From an uncultured delta proteobacterium (GTDB taxonomy: Bacteria; Myxococcota_A; Polyangia; Polyangiales; Houyiibacteriaceae): a stretch of DNA of 64,000 bases. Positions 31,406-41,147 of the stretch are shown here, one piece after another. The stretch's first letter is position 1; the number at the start of each line of letters is the position of its first letter. Location: NCBI GenBank assembly GCA_963786865.1, contig CAWBAV010000006.1, positions 436,592 through 500,591 of the forward strand. The letters are read 5' to 3'. Position numbers and translations under genes: made by a program. A model generated the notes under the pieces. The model ran no database searches. It had not been told where the DNA came from and saw only the letters and a program-made list of their open reading frames with translations.

Positions 31406-32092
31406 ATGAGCAATTTCGCGCATGCGCGGGTTGGGCTTGCCGTTCTGGCATGTCTGCTCACGCAGGGCTGCAAGGGCGGCTCGTCGAGCACGCTGCCCCG
31501 TGGCTCCATGGCCGAGGCTCGCGTGTGCAAGGGGAATCAGGTCACGGCCACCGACGTCAACCAGGATGGGCGCGTCGATATTGAACATGTGAATCGCAAC
31601 GGCCGTCCGCTGTGCATGAGAGCCGACATGAACTTCGACGGCAAGATCGACGTGGAACGATTCTACGAAGACGATGGCAAGCGCGTCAGCGAGGAGCGGC
31701 ACGACTTCGATTTCGACGGGCGACTCGACCAGCTTTCCTTCTACGAGAACGGCGAGCTGGCACGAAAGGAGCTCGACACGGACTTCGACAACACGATTGA
31801 TACCTGGCTCTGGTGCGCGAACGGCTGGGTCACTCGAGCCGAGCGCGACCGCGAGCGCAACGGGCGTGTCGACGTTTGGGAAAGCTACGAACAGGGCCTC
31901 ATCACCGAGGCTCGGTACGACGACAACAGCGACGGTCGCGTCGAAAAGTGGGATTCGTTTCGGAACGGCAAGCTCGTCTTGACCAAGTATGACGACGACG
32001 GGGATGGAGAGCCGGATCGCAGTCAGGACATGCCTCTGCAGAGCATGGGGCCGGCCGATGATGCGCTGCGGTGCGAGAGGGGCCAACGATGA
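31406..32092 (+). CDS. Lipoprotein with repeated DxDxDG calcium-binding-like loops (paralogue 1)
   Basis: Lipobox LLTQGC. About 7 loops of the DVNQDGRVD / DMNFDGKID / DFDFDGRLD / DDNSDGRVE type at roughly 22-aa spacing. The start is ATG 31406 or GTG 31394. Confidence 0.7.
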   Translation: MSNFAHARVGLAVLACLLTQGCKGGSSSTLPRGSMAEARVCKGNQVTATDVNQDGRVDIEHVNRNGRPLCMRADMNFDGKIDVERFYEDDGKRVSEERHDFDFDGRLDQLSFYENGELARKELDTDFDNTIDTWLWCANGWVTRAERDRERNGRVDVWESYEQGLITEARYDDNSDGRVEKWDSFRNGKLVLTKYDDDGDGEPDRSQDMPLQSMGPADDALRCERGQR

Positions 32093-32772
32093 AGCATTGG
32101 ATTCTTTTGCTCAGCGGTCTGCTGGTACTCGGCTGCGGTGCCAAGGACCCCAAGCCGGTGACGAGCCCTGGGAGCGATCAGGCCGCGTCCACGAGCGGGG
32201 GCGAGGTTGCCGACGATGGGCAGTGCAAGGCTGTTGGCACTGGTTACGAGGTCAGCGAGTACGACACCTCCGGTGACAGCACGCCCGATGTGCGAAAGCT
32301 CTTCAAGACCATCGGCCAGGGGACGCTTGCGCGTCTGGTTCTCGTCTGTCGAGAGGCCGATCTGAACGGCGATGGACGCAAGGACATCGTGCGGCTCTAC
32401 TCCGATGACGGCCGTCCGACGCGCGAAGAGGCCGACAGAGACTTCAACGGACGAATCGATGAGGTGACGCAGTTCAGCAACGGCCGCGTGAGTCTTCAAG
32501 AGATCGACACCAGTGGGAACGGAACGATCGACACCAGAATCTTCTACGAAGCCGGCCAACCGGTAAGGGCAGAGCGCGACATGGCCGGCCGGAGCACCGA
32601 TGCCGAGTGGCGTCCCGATCGCTGGGAGTACTACGCCGATGGCCGCACCGTCCGGATTGGCACCGACATCGACGGCGACGGAAAGGTCGATCGCTGGGAC
32701 CGCGACGAAGAGCGACTTCGGACGTCGGCGCTAGCCAAGCAACAGACCCCCGGCGACTCGGTCCGCCAGTAG
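32089..32772 (+). CDS. Lipoprotein with repeated DxDxDG calcium-binding-like loops (paralogue 2)
   Basis: ATGA overlap with the preceding gene. Lipobox LLVLGC. Loops DLNGDGRKD, DRDFNGRID, DTSGNGTID and DIDGDGKVD. Confidence 0.7.
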   Translation: MKHWILLLSGLLVLGCGAKDPKPVTSPGSDQAASTSGGEVADDGQCKAVGTGYEVSEYDTSGDSTPDVRKLFKTIGQGTLARLVLVCREADLNGDGRKDIVRLYSDDGRPTREEADRDFNGRIDEVTQFSNGRVSLQEIDTSGNGTIDTRIFYEAGQPVRAERDMAGRSTDAEWRPDRWEYYADGRTVRIGTDIDGDGKVDRWDRDEERLRTSALAKQQTPGDSVRQ

Positions 32773-32797
32773 CTTCTTCCGAGAGCGTCTGGGGCCG

Positions 32798-33886
32798 TCA
32801 CCGGTCGGCGTTGTTGCTCGATGCACGCTCGGCTTGGGCCCTGCGTTCGCCGAGCCAGCCTTTCTTTCGAAAGAAGAAGACGAGGCCGAGCGCGGTGAGT
32901 CCCATCAGTCCGAGCGCGAACGGGTAGCCGAGCCTCCACCGGAGCTCCGGCATGTTCCAGCGCGAAAGCCCTCCGTCGAAATTCATCCCATACACCCCCG
33001 CGATGAAACCCAGGGGCATGAAGATCGTGGCGATGATCGTCAGGACTTTCATCACCTCGTTCATCCGCATGCTCACGTTCGAAAGGTGCAGATCCATCAG
33101 GCTCGAGGCGAGCTCGCGGTTGGTGTCGAGCGCATCGAGTAGCTGAATCGTGTGGTCGTGGCAGTCGCGAAGGAAGACATGGATGTCTTCTCCTTGATTA
33201 CCGACCTCGGCTCGATCCATGGCGCTGACGACCTCGCGCGTGGGGGCGACCGCACGCCTCAGGGTGCGCAAGTCGTGGCGAATGGCGTGGATTTCCGCGA
33301 CGACGTTCGAAGTATCGTTCGCGAGGACGCTGATCTCGAGGTCCTCTAGACGGTCGGTGTAGTGCTCGACGACCGGAAAGAACTTCTCGACGATGGCATC
33401 GACCACCGCGTAGGCGAGATATGCGGCTCCGCGTTGCCGGACTCTGCCTTTGTTGTTTCGGATTCGCTCGCGCAAACCATCGAGGCAGTCACCGGGCGTT
33501 TCTTGTACGGTGATCACCACGCGATCGCGCACGAACATGCTCACCTGCTCCAGGTTGATGCTCGGATCGAGCGATGGCATCCGAAGTACGATGAAGTCCG
33601 TACCCTCGTACGCCTCGAACTTGGGGCGCTGATGCACGTTGACGACGTCCTCGAGTGCCAGGGCGTGAAGCCCAAAGATTTGACCGAGCTGCGAAAAGGT
33701 CTCCGAGTCACCGAGTCCGTCGATGTTGATCCAAGTGACCACGGAAACACCGTTCCGGAGCGACTTCAACTCGGAGACGTGTCCTACCGAGTATTCATCG
33801 ACGCGATCGGGACCGTAGGCGATGACGTGCACCTCGGGCCGCGGTACGCCAGGACCCGGAATGATGCTTCCAGGAGGCGTTCCCAA
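32798..33886 (-). CDS. corA: Magnesium/cobalt transporter CorA
   Basis: C-terminal two TM segments with the YGMNF signature. 362 aa. Confidence 0.9.
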   Translation of the reverse strand: MGTPPGSIIPGPGVPRPEVHVIAYGPDRVDEYSVGHVSELKSLRNGVSVVTWINIDGLGDSETFSQLGQIFGLHALALEDVVNVHQRPKFEAYEGTDFIVLRMPSLDPSINLEQVSMFVRDRVVITVQETPGDCLDGLRERIRNNKGRVRQRGAAYLAYAVVDAIVEKFFPVVEHYTDRLEDLEISVLANDTSNVVAEIHAIRHDLRTLRRAVAPTREVVSAMDRAEVGNQGEDIHVFLRDCHDHTIQLLDALDTNRELASSLMDLHLSNVSMRMNEVMKVLTIIATIFMPLGFIAGVYGMNFDGGLSRWNMPELRWRLGYPFALGLMGLTALGLVFFFRKKGWLGERRAQAERASSNNADR

Positions 33887-34057
33887 GGTCTCCCGACGCC
33901 TCCTCCGAATTACGGCGCGCCTGTGTTTTCGATGTGTCTTCTTGGCTATGGGAGCCTCCTTACGAAGTTCCTGCCATCTGACGTCCTGTCGTTCTTGCTG
34001 TCAAGAGAACGAAGTACTCCGCGTCGCGTTCACGATCGGAGATGCTAGGCTCCGCCC

Positions 34058-34813
34058 GTGGAACGACTTCAAAAGGTCCTTGCACGCGCAGGCGTGGCTT
34101 CTCGGCGCGCTTCCGAGGAGCTCATCCTAGCCGGGCGGGTGCGGGTCAATGGACGCATCGTGAAGGAGCTTGGAACCAAGGTCGATGCGTACAAGGACCG
34201 CGTCGAGGTGGACGGGAAGAGGCTCGTGGCGGAGAAGCCGGTCTACTACCTCATCCACAAGCCCCGGGAAATGGTGACCACGCTCGATGATCCGGAGGGA
34301 AGGGCGACCATCGCAGACATACTCCGAAGGATCCCCGAGCGCGTCGTTCCGGTTGGCCGCCTCGACTACCACACGAGCGGGGCTCTCCTGGCGACCAATG
34401 ACGGCGACATGATCGACGCGCTTCTCCGTCCGGTCGCCCGTGTGCCGAAGGTCTATGCCGTGAAGTTCCAAGGCCATCTCGATGTGGAGGAGCTCGATGC
34501 GCTTCGAAATGGCGTGAAGCTCGACGACGGCTATCGGACGAAACCGGCCGAAGCGTTCGTCCTGCGCCAGGAGCGGAACCACACCTGGGTTCAGCTCACG
34601 CTCACCGAGGGCAAGAACCGGCAGATCCATCGCATGGGCGATGCGATTCATCGCCGGGTGATGCGCTTGGCACGCCAATCCTTCGCAGGCATCAGCATCG
34701 AGGGCCTGAGGCCCGGTGAGTATCGAGAGCTCAATCGAGACGAGCTCCAAGAGCTCAAGAAGAAGTTTCTGAATCCGTATCGACGTGCCCACGGAGCTTC
34801 CAAAGAAGCGTGA
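34058..34813 (+). CDS. Pseudouridine synthase, RsuA/RluB family
   Basis: N-terminal S4 domain (RLQKVLARAGVASRR) and catalytic motif VGRLDYHTSGALLATNDG. Confidence 0.88.
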   Translation: MERLQKVLARAGVASRRASEELILAGRVRVNGRIVKELGTKVDAYKDRVEVDGKRLVAEKPVYYLIHKPREMVTTLDDPEGRATIADILRRIPERVVPVGRLDYHTSGALLATNDGDMIDALLRPVARVPKVYAVKFQGHLDVEELDALRNGVKLDDGYRTKPAEAFVLRQERNHTWVQLTLTEGKNRQIHRMGDAIHRRVMRLARQSFAGISIEGLRPGEYRELNRDELQELKKKFLNPYRRAHGASKEA

Positions 34814-37800
34814 ATGCGCTCGGAACCACGAAGAGCGTGAGCACGGTCGAAAGCAGCAGGCCACCGAGGACGATCGCACCCACGCCGCGATAGAGCTCGG
34901 AGCCCGAACCCGAGAAGATCACCATCGGCAAGAGGCCTGCGAGCGAGGTCGCGGTGGTCATGAAGATCGGACGAACGCGCGCTTCGACGGCGAGGGGGAC
35001 AGCGTCGCTGAGACTCGAGCCCGAGCGCAGGCGGGCGATCGAACCGTCGACGACCAGAATCGCGTTGTTCACGACCACGCCGATGAGGATTAGAAATCCG
35101 AGTGCGGTCATCAAGTCCAGCGGCTGCGTGCCAAGAAAGGCGTTGACCAGCCAGAGGCCGCCAGCCCCACCGGCGGCGGCCAAGGGCACGCTCACCAAGA
35201 CCGCGATCGGAGATACGAAATCCTCGAAGAGCGCCGCGATCAAGAGGAAGCAGATGATCACGGCCAGCAAGAGGATGTTGCCGAACTGCTTCTGTGCGAG
35301 CTCGAGCTTGCCTGCGGCTCCACTCAGTGAGAGCTCGACTCCGGCCGGGATCGCACCTTCGGCTTCGAGCTTGCCGATGACGTCGTTGCGAATCGTGTCG
35401 ATCGCGTCTTCGAGCGCGAGGTTCTCCGGAGGTGACACGTTGAGCGTGATCGCGCGGCGCCGCTCTAGATGCCGGATGACCGACGGGCCAAGCTCCTCTT
35501 CGATCTCAGCGAGCGCGCCGAGCGGGACGGTGAGGCCGCTTGGAGTGGCGACCGGAGCGGAGAGTAGGGCGGCGGCATCGGGGAGCAGTTGATGCTCGTC
35601 GGTCACGGCGCGCAGGACGACATCGAGCTTGGGCTGTCCGGTCGGCGTGTACTCACCGATGATGGACCCGTCGATCAAAGCGTCCACCACCAACCCGAGC
35701 TCGGCCCCTCCCATCTGAAGTCGGGCCGCTTCTTTCCGCCTCGGGATGACCTGGAGCTCGGGCGCGCCCGGGTCCAGGCTCGGTTCCGGTCGAATCTGTG
35801 CGCCTGGCAATGCGACGCGAAGATCTGCGAAGAGGCGGCCGCCGATGGCGGTCAAGGTTGGCAAGTCCGGGCCTTGAACGTCGATCTCGACCACACGGCC
35901 TCCGCCGATGGTGCGCCCGAAGAGCGAGGCCTGCGTGGCGAATGAGATCATACCCGGGATCTTCGCCTGCACGCGCCGTATGAGATCGAGCATGCGTCCG
36001 ACGTCTTCGTCGTGCTCGGCCACGGCGCCCGCGAAGACCCGGTCCGGACTTCCGACGAAGAAACTGCGCTTGATGTTCGCTTCTCCGTCGGTTTCCTGGC
36101 CGGTGTAGCGGGCCATCTCGCTCTGAAGCCGATTGCCGGTCGATTCGAGCTCGTCGATCGAGTAGCCGGGCGGCGGCACGAGAATGCCGAAAACGAGATT
36201 GCGATTACCGGTCGGCAGGTACTCCATGGGCGGCACGAGCGCCCAGGTCACCAGTACCGAGCCGATGATGGCGATTGCCACCGTGGCGCCCGAGCGCCGC
36301 GTCGAGCTGCAAAGCCAGCGCACTTGCTCGGTGACCCGAGAGCGGAACCTCCGGCCGAAGTCGGTGAGACCGCCGATGTCGAGGGTCTTACCCTGCGAGA
36401 GAAGGCGGGCCGCGAGGCTCGGGATGACGAGCACCGACACGACGAGCGAGACCGAAACCGCCAAGGCGATGGCCACCGCGACGTCCCGCAGAAGCTCACC
36501 GACTTCCCCCTGCCAAAGCACGATCGGAATGAAGACCGCGACCGTCGTTGCGGTCGACGCGACGAGGGCGCCCCAGACCTCGCGGATGCCCCGGTACGCA
36601 GCGAGCTTCGTGTTCGGCGCACGGGTCCTCCAGGTGTCGATGCTCTCGAGCGCCACGATCGAGTTGTCCACGACCATTCCAACCGCGAACGTGATGCCCG
36701 CCAACGACACCACGTTGATCGTGCGGCCGAGCGCTTGCATCCCGAGCGCCGTCGCGAACGCGCAGACCGGGATGGCAACACTGATCACCGCTGAGGCGCC
36801 GAATGTCCTCAAGAAGAGGAAGAGGACTACGACTGCCAGAATCGCGCCGAGCAGCAGGTTCTGCTCCACCAGGTCGAGCGCGCCCTCGATGTACTCGACT
36901 TGGTCCGCCAGGATTTCGATCTGCAGACCTTCCCGGTTGAACTTTTCGATCTGCAGACGCTCGATGACGTCGTGAACCTCGCGTGTGACCTCGAGCACGT
37001 TGGTGCCCGCCTCGCGCGAAAGCAGCATCACCATGGCGGGCCGATCTTGCACCAGCGCGACGCCAACCGGTTTTCGAAGCGCAAGCTTCACCGTGGCCAC
37101 GTCGCCGAGCACAATCGGCGTACCGTCGCTGCTCGCACCGAGCACCACCTCTTCGAGAGCGGAGGGCGTTTTTGGCGCGATCGACGTGCGCACGAGATAG
37201 CGGCGCTTGCCGAGGGTCACGTCTCCCCCCGAGAGATCGCGAAGCTCGCTCCGCACCCGATCCGCCACTCCTTGCACCGAGAGACTGCGCGCGGCGAGGG
37301 CTTGCGCGTCGAAGAGCACGTGAACCTCGGTGTCCTGGCCTCCGATGAAAAAGATCCCGGCGACCCCGGGGATGCGATCGAGCTCGGGGAGGATCTCGTC
37401 CTGAACCCAGGTTCGATAGGCCGCGACGCTGCCCTTGTTGGGATCCCGGATGGCGACGACGGCGAGCGGAGGTCCCGCGCTATTGGCGGTCTCGACCACC
37501 GGCTCGCGCACGGCCTCGGGGTAGCTCGCCACCTGGCTGAGCTTGTTGGTAACACGCACGAGCGCTTCTTCGATGACCGTGTCGACCTCGAACTCGAGCG
37601 TGATGCTTCCGCTGTCCATGCTGGCGCTCGACTCCATGCGAGTCAGGCCCTGGACGTTCTTGAGGACCTCTTCCTGAGGTTCGAGGATCTCGGTTTCGAT
37701 CTCCACCGGTGCGGCACCGGGCCAAACGGTGTTGATGCTGATGGTCGGCGTTGCGATGTCGGGTGTGAGTTGGATCGGCAAGTCCATGACCGAGAGGGCG

Positions 37801-37913
37801 CCGAATAGGACGACGAGCACGATGCCCACGATGACCGTGATCGGCCGCTGGATCGCGAGCCACGAAAGCCCGCTGGGCGGTTGCTCGGGCGCATGCTCGT
37901 CGTCGTGCGTCAC
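34755..37913 (-). CDS. RND efflux transporter, inner-membrane permease (AcrB family)
   Basis: 1052 aa with 12-TM, two-large-loop architecture and a typical N-terminal segment. Confidence 0.9.
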   Translation of the reverse strand: MTHDDEHAPEQPPSGLSWLAIQRPITVIVGIVLVVLFGALSVMDLPIQLTPDIATPTISINTVWPGAAPVEIETEILEPQEEVLKNVQGLTRMESSASMDSGSITLEFEVDTVIEEALVRVTNKLSQVASYPEAVREPVVETANSAGPPLAVVAIRDPNKGSVAAYRTWVQDEILPELDRIPGVAGIFFIGGQDTEVHVLFDAQALAARSLSVQGVADRVRSELRDLSGGDVTLGKRRYLVRTSIAPKTPSALEEVVLGASSDGTPIVLGDVATVKLALRKPVGVALVQDRPAMVMLLSREAGTNVLEVTREVHDVIERLQIEKFNREGLQIEILADQVEYIEGALDLVEQNLLLGAILAVVVLFLFLRTFGASAVISVAIPVCAFATALGMQALGRTINVVSLAGITFAVGMVVDNSIVALESIDTWRTRAPNTKLAAYRGIREVWGALVASTATTVAVFIPIVLWQGEVGELLRDVAVAIALAVSVSLVVSVLVIPSLAARLLSQGKTLDIGGLTDFGRRFRSRVTEQVRWLCSSTRRSGATVAIAIIGSVLVTWALVPPMEYLPTGNRNLVFGILVPPPGYSIDELESTGNRLQSEMARYTGQETDGEANIKRSFFVGSPDRVFAGAVAEHDEDVGRMLDLIRRVQAKIPGMISFATQASLFGRTIGGGRVVEIDVQGPDLPTLTAIGGRLFADLRVALPGAQIRPEPSLDPGAPELQVIPRRKEAARLQMGGAELGLVVDALIDGSIIGEYTPTGQPKLDVVLRAVTDEHQLLPDAAALLSAPVATPSGLTVPLGALAEIEEELGPSVIRHLERRRAITLNVSPPENLALEDAIDTIRNDVIGKLEAEGAIPAGVELSLSGAAGKLELAQKQFGNILLLAVIICFLLIAALFEDFVSPIAVLVSVPLAAAGGAGGLWLVNAFLGTQPLDLMTALGFLILIGVVVNNAILVVDGSIARLRSGSSLSDAVPLAVEARVRPIFMTTATSLAGLLPMVIFSGSGSELYRGVGAIVLGGLLLSTVLTLFVVPSAFTLLWKLRGHVDTDSETSS

Positions 37914-37917
37914 ACGC

Positions 37918-39003
37918 TCAGTCTTCCAGCACGATCAAGGGTTGCCCCGGGAACACGCGCTCGTTGCCGCGCGTGACCACCAAGTCTCCGGCCGCTAGAT
38001 CTTCGGCCCGGATCAGAACCGCCTCTCGCCCGCGCGCAAGGACCTCCACCGGGATCGGGGCCGCCTTCCCCTCGACTGATTTCACCACCTGCGTCTTCGC
38101 GATCCCATACACCAATGCATCGCGCGGCACGACCAGCCCGCCCTCTGCGCTGCGTTCTACGGTGATGATCACGTCCACCGCGGCGCCGGGCAGCAGCCAG
38201 ACCGGCGGTGCGTCCGGTACCAGGCGCAAGCGCACGGTGCGAGACTCGCTGTCGAGCGCCGGGACGATGCCCCGAATGGTCGCCGGCGTCGTGTCGCCCT
38301 TGCGTCTGAGCTCTGCCTTGTTGCCGACCGAGAGGAAGCTCGCAACCTCGGGCGGAACCGACGCGAGGACTTCGACATCACGATCGTCGACGAGCTCGAT
38401 CGCTTCGACTCCCGGGTCGACCCAGTCACCAGGGTCGACTCGACGATTCGCTACGACTCCATCGAAGGGCGCCGTGATGCGATGGCGCCCGAGCTGGGCG
38501 CGGGCTTCCGCCTCCGCAGCTTTGAGCCGCCCACGTTCCGCCGCAGCACGCTTGCGCTCCGAAGTGGCTTGTTCGATTTCGGCGCGCGCAGCGATGTCCG
38601 GCCCTGCCGTGCTCAAGCGTTCGGCGTCGCGCTGCGCCCGCTCGAGTTGCGCTGCGCCCGCTTCCTTCGAGGCGGATGCAGCCCGGACGCGCGCGGCTGC
38701 GAGAGATGGGTCGATTTCGACTAACAAGTCGCCCTTCTTGACGCGGTCCCCGACGCGCACGAGCACGCGACGCACTTCCCCGGAGGCGCCTGCCGCGAGC
38801 TGTGCATGCTGCAGGGCGCTCACGTCACCGAGGAACGACCATTCCGCTTGCACGCTCCCAGTGCGCACTTCGTCGACCCAGACACGCGCCGGCGGAGGCC
38901 CGTTGGCATCGCTTTTCGCCGGGGCCTCCCCTTCGCATCCGAGCCCCAGCAGTGATAGCCCCAACAGCAGTGCGGCCCCCCGCTGGAAAACGCCCGAAAT
39001 CAT
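37918..39003 (-). CDS. RND efflux periplasmic adaptor (membrane fusion protein)
   Basis: Lipoyl/hairpin signature VRVGDRVKKGDLLVEIDP followed by a coiled-coil. Lies directly upstream of the RND permease. Confidence 0.88.
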   Translation of the reverse strand: MISGVFQRGAALLLGLSLLGLGCEGEAPAKSDANGPPPARVWVDEVRTGSVQAEWSFLGDVSALQHAQLAAGASGEVRRVLVRVGDRVKKGDLLVEIDPSLAAARVRAASASKEAGAAQLERAQRDAERLSTAGPDIAARAEIEQATSERKRAAAERGRLKAAEAEARAQLGRHRITAPFDGVVANRRVDPGDWVDPGVEAIELVDDRDVEVLASVPPEVASFLSVGNKAELRRKGDTTPATIRGIVPALDSESRTVRLRLVPDAPPVWLLPGAAVDVIITVERSAEGGLVVPRDALVYGIAKTQVVKSVEGKAAPIPVEVLARGREAVLIRAEDLAAGDLVVTRGNERVFPGQPLIVLED

Positions 39004-39030
39004 CGAGAAAATTTAGTGCGCCCGCTCGTT

Positions 39031-39058
39031 TTGACAAGTCAAAGGCCGTGACTATAGT
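39031..39058 (+). promoter_or_regulatory. Near-consensus sigma70 promoter for tRNA-fMet (TTGACA-16 nt-TATAGT, GC-rich discriminator)
   Basis: Hexamers at 39031-39036 and 39053-39058. The tRNA starts 12 nt after the -10, and ggccgcc lies between them. Confidence 0.6.
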
Positions 39059-39070
39059 GGCCGCCTCTGC

Positions 39071-39147
<77 letters not shown>

Positions 39148-39152
39148 TGGTC

Positions 39153-39190
39153 GAAAGCCGGCTCATTTCGAGCCGGCTTTCTCCGTTTTG
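39153..39190 (+). terminator. Rho-independent terminator after tRNA-fMet
   Basis: 11-bp stem gaaagccggct/agccggctttc with a 7-nt loop, followed by tccgttttg. Confidence 0.7.
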
Positions 39191-39268
39191 TGCCGGATTC
39201 AGTGCGAACGTACTCGGTCGCCTCCGCGAACTCGCGTCCGCTCCGTTGCGGCCTCGTACAACCGCAAG

Positions 39269-39287
39269 CAAATCCGGCCCCCGCAAC
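39269..39287 (+). repeat. Direct 19-bp copy of the tRNA-fMet 3' end (att-like)
   Basis: caaatccggcccccgcaac is identical to 39127-39145. Confidence 0.85.
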
Positions 39288-39297
39288 TAAGGAAGTC

Positions 39298-39337
39298 AGG
39301 CACTTAGTGATTTGGCTAAGTGCCTTTCTTTTGTGTT
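39298..39337 (+). terminator. Second Rho-independent terminator, after the tRNA 3'-end copy
   Basis: 10-bp stem aggcacttag/ctaagtgcct with an 8-nt loop, followed by ttcttttgtgtt. Confidence 0.6.
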
Positions 39338-39458
39338 CGGTGGCCTGAGGGTGCCATGGCGGTCTCCGGACAAACCAAGGTGCACCAGCAAAGCGATTCG
39401 TGAATCGCCAAAACCCTTGGGTTCTCGATCCTTGCTTGCGCGAAACGACTGGACCCTC

Positions 39459-39480
39459 CGGGTGTTCAACCCGAAGGTCG
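39459..39480 (+). repeat. Degenerate copy of the tRNA-fMet anticodon-arm/variable region
   Basis: 13 exact bp (aacccgaaggtcg) plus a flanking cggg match to 39099-39120. Confidence 0.5.
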
Positions 39481-39668
39481 CGCCGCGCTTGTGCCCTGAC
39501 AGTTGGGACGACCCGGTCACCTTCGACATCGGTGGGAACAAGTATGGGCTCGTCGTTCGTGGGCGACTCCAGAATCTTCGCGCCCGCCCGTTGGTTTGCG
39601 CCGCGACGCAAACACCTCTTTCGACGTTTCGGCTGGCCACCCCTCGTCCGTGCGAGGACACTGTCGAG

Positions 39669-41147
39669 ATGCGCACCATCCCCGTCACGAGGACCTCCGC
39701 GCGGTTGGTGCCCGATCCGACCCGGGTGATCACGAAACCGTTCACGCCCGGAAGCGAACACTCGGTGGACGGACGCTCGCGTGTCGACCGCATTCTGTCC
39801 CGGATCCTGGCGTTGTCCGAGTCGGAGGTCACGACGAGCTTGAGCACGACGCAAGCGCGATTCTCCTCACGCCACGTCGATTTGCGGTCGGTATTCGAGG
39901 CGAACTTCGTGGCCGTCGCGGCGGGACATCTCGCGCGCACAGACGAGGTCTCGGCGGAGCGCCGGCTGCTGATCGGCGCCTATTTCACCCACGAGTACTC
40001 GATCGAGTCCGCCGCGCTGAGCAATCCTTCGATCGTGCCGGCGCCCGACCAAGCGGGCCTCGCTACGGGTGAGCAGCGCTTTGTTTTGAGCTTGCGGGCC
40101 ATCGGCGAAGGGCACATCTCGTCGATCGAGTTTCGTTCGGGTGTCATCGACGCAGGCGGCCAGATCAGGATGGAAGCGCCGAGTCGGCGAGCCAGCACGG
40201 CGCGCCACCGAGCTCCGGTCTACGAGAAGCACAGCTTCCACAGCAAACTTCGTGAGCTCGACATCTACAACGAGATCGCCGCTACCGTGCTCGACGCGCT
40301 TCCCGAGCGGTTTAACCTGGACCAGCTCGAGACCATGATCCGCGAGGTCGACCGGCAACACCATCACAGACCCGATGCCGCGCACGTCACCCGAACGATC
40401 CACTGGCTTGCGTCCTCGAACTACGAGAGCTCGTTCGCCTCAGACTCGAAGATCTCCGAGCGTGTCCTCTTTCCGACTGGCCCAGCCGAGAGTCACGGGA
40501 TGGAGGATGCTCGCTTCGTCCGCTTCACCCATGACGACGGAACAGTGACGTACTTCGCTCCGTATACCGCGTACGATGGCTATCAGATCCTCCCGCAGCT
40601 GATCGAAACAGCCGACTTCGTGACTTTCAGAATCGCGACGCTGAACGGCCCGTCCGCCAGGAACAAGGGCATTGCGCTCTTTCCCCGGATGATCGACGGG
40701 CGCTATGCTGCGCTCGCCAGGCTGGACAACGAGAACAACTTCCTCATGTGGTCGGACAACGTCCGCTTCTGGCACCAGAGCGAGGCGATCCAGAGGCCCG
40801 AGCGTCCCTGGGAAATCACGCAGCTCGGCAATTGCGGATCTCCTCTCGAAACCGATGCGGGCTGGCTCGTGATCACGCACGGCGTCGGCGCGATGCGACA
40901 GTACGCTATTGGAGCCATCCTGCTCGACAAGGACGACCCCGCACGCGTCATCGGTCACCTCACCGAGCCTCTGTTGGAGCCCGCGGCCGACGAACGCGAC
41001 GGCTACGTCCCCAACGTCGTCTACTCGTGCGGCAGCATGATTTCAGGCGGGCTCCTCGTGCTGCCTTACGGTTTTGCCGACATCGGTACTCGCATCGCGA
41101 CCGTTCGCCTCGATGACCTTCTGGCGGAGCTCACCCGGGGTCGCTGA
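39669..41147 (+). CDS. GH130-like glycoside hydrolase/phosphorylase (beta-mannoside phosphorylase family fold)
   Basis: The C-terminal half (LFPRMIDGRYAALARLDNENNF.., GWLVITHGVG.., YAIGAILLDKDDP.., VVYSCG) matches the five-bladed GH130/DUF377-type pattern. The 5' 357 nt of the tracked ORF covers a terminator and a tRNA fragment, so the ATG at 39669 is preferred. Confidence 0.7.
   Translation: MRTIPVTRTSARLVPDPTRVITKPFTPGSEHSVDGRSRVDRILSRILALSESEVTTSLSTTQARFSSRHVDLRSVFEANFVAVAAGHLARTDEVSAERRLLIGAYFTHEYSIESAALSNPSIVPAPDQAGLATGEQRFVLSLRAIGEGHISSIEFRSGVIDAGGQIRMEAPSRRASTARHRAPVYEKHSFHSKLRELDIYNEIAATVLDALPERFNLDQLETMIREVDRQHHHRPDAAHVTRTIHWLASSNYESSFASDSKISERVLFPTGPAESHGMEDARFVRFTHDDGTVTYFAPYTAYDGYQILPQLIETADFVTFRIATLNGPSARNKGIALFPRMIDGRYAALARLDNENNFLMWSDNVRFWHQSEAIQRPERPWEITQLGNCGSPLETDAGWLVITHGVGAMRQYAIGAILLDKDDPARVIGHLTEPLLEPAADERDGYVPNVVYSCGSMISGGLLVLPYGFADIGTRIATVRLDDLLAELTRGR

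Noticed and set aside
39312-39668. The N-terminal 119-aa extension of the GH130-like ORF (tracked start 39312).
   Set aside because: The extension starts inside a hairpin+T-tract terminator and runs across a tRNA-fMet fragment. Its translation is not protein-like, so the internal ATG at 39669 is preferred.
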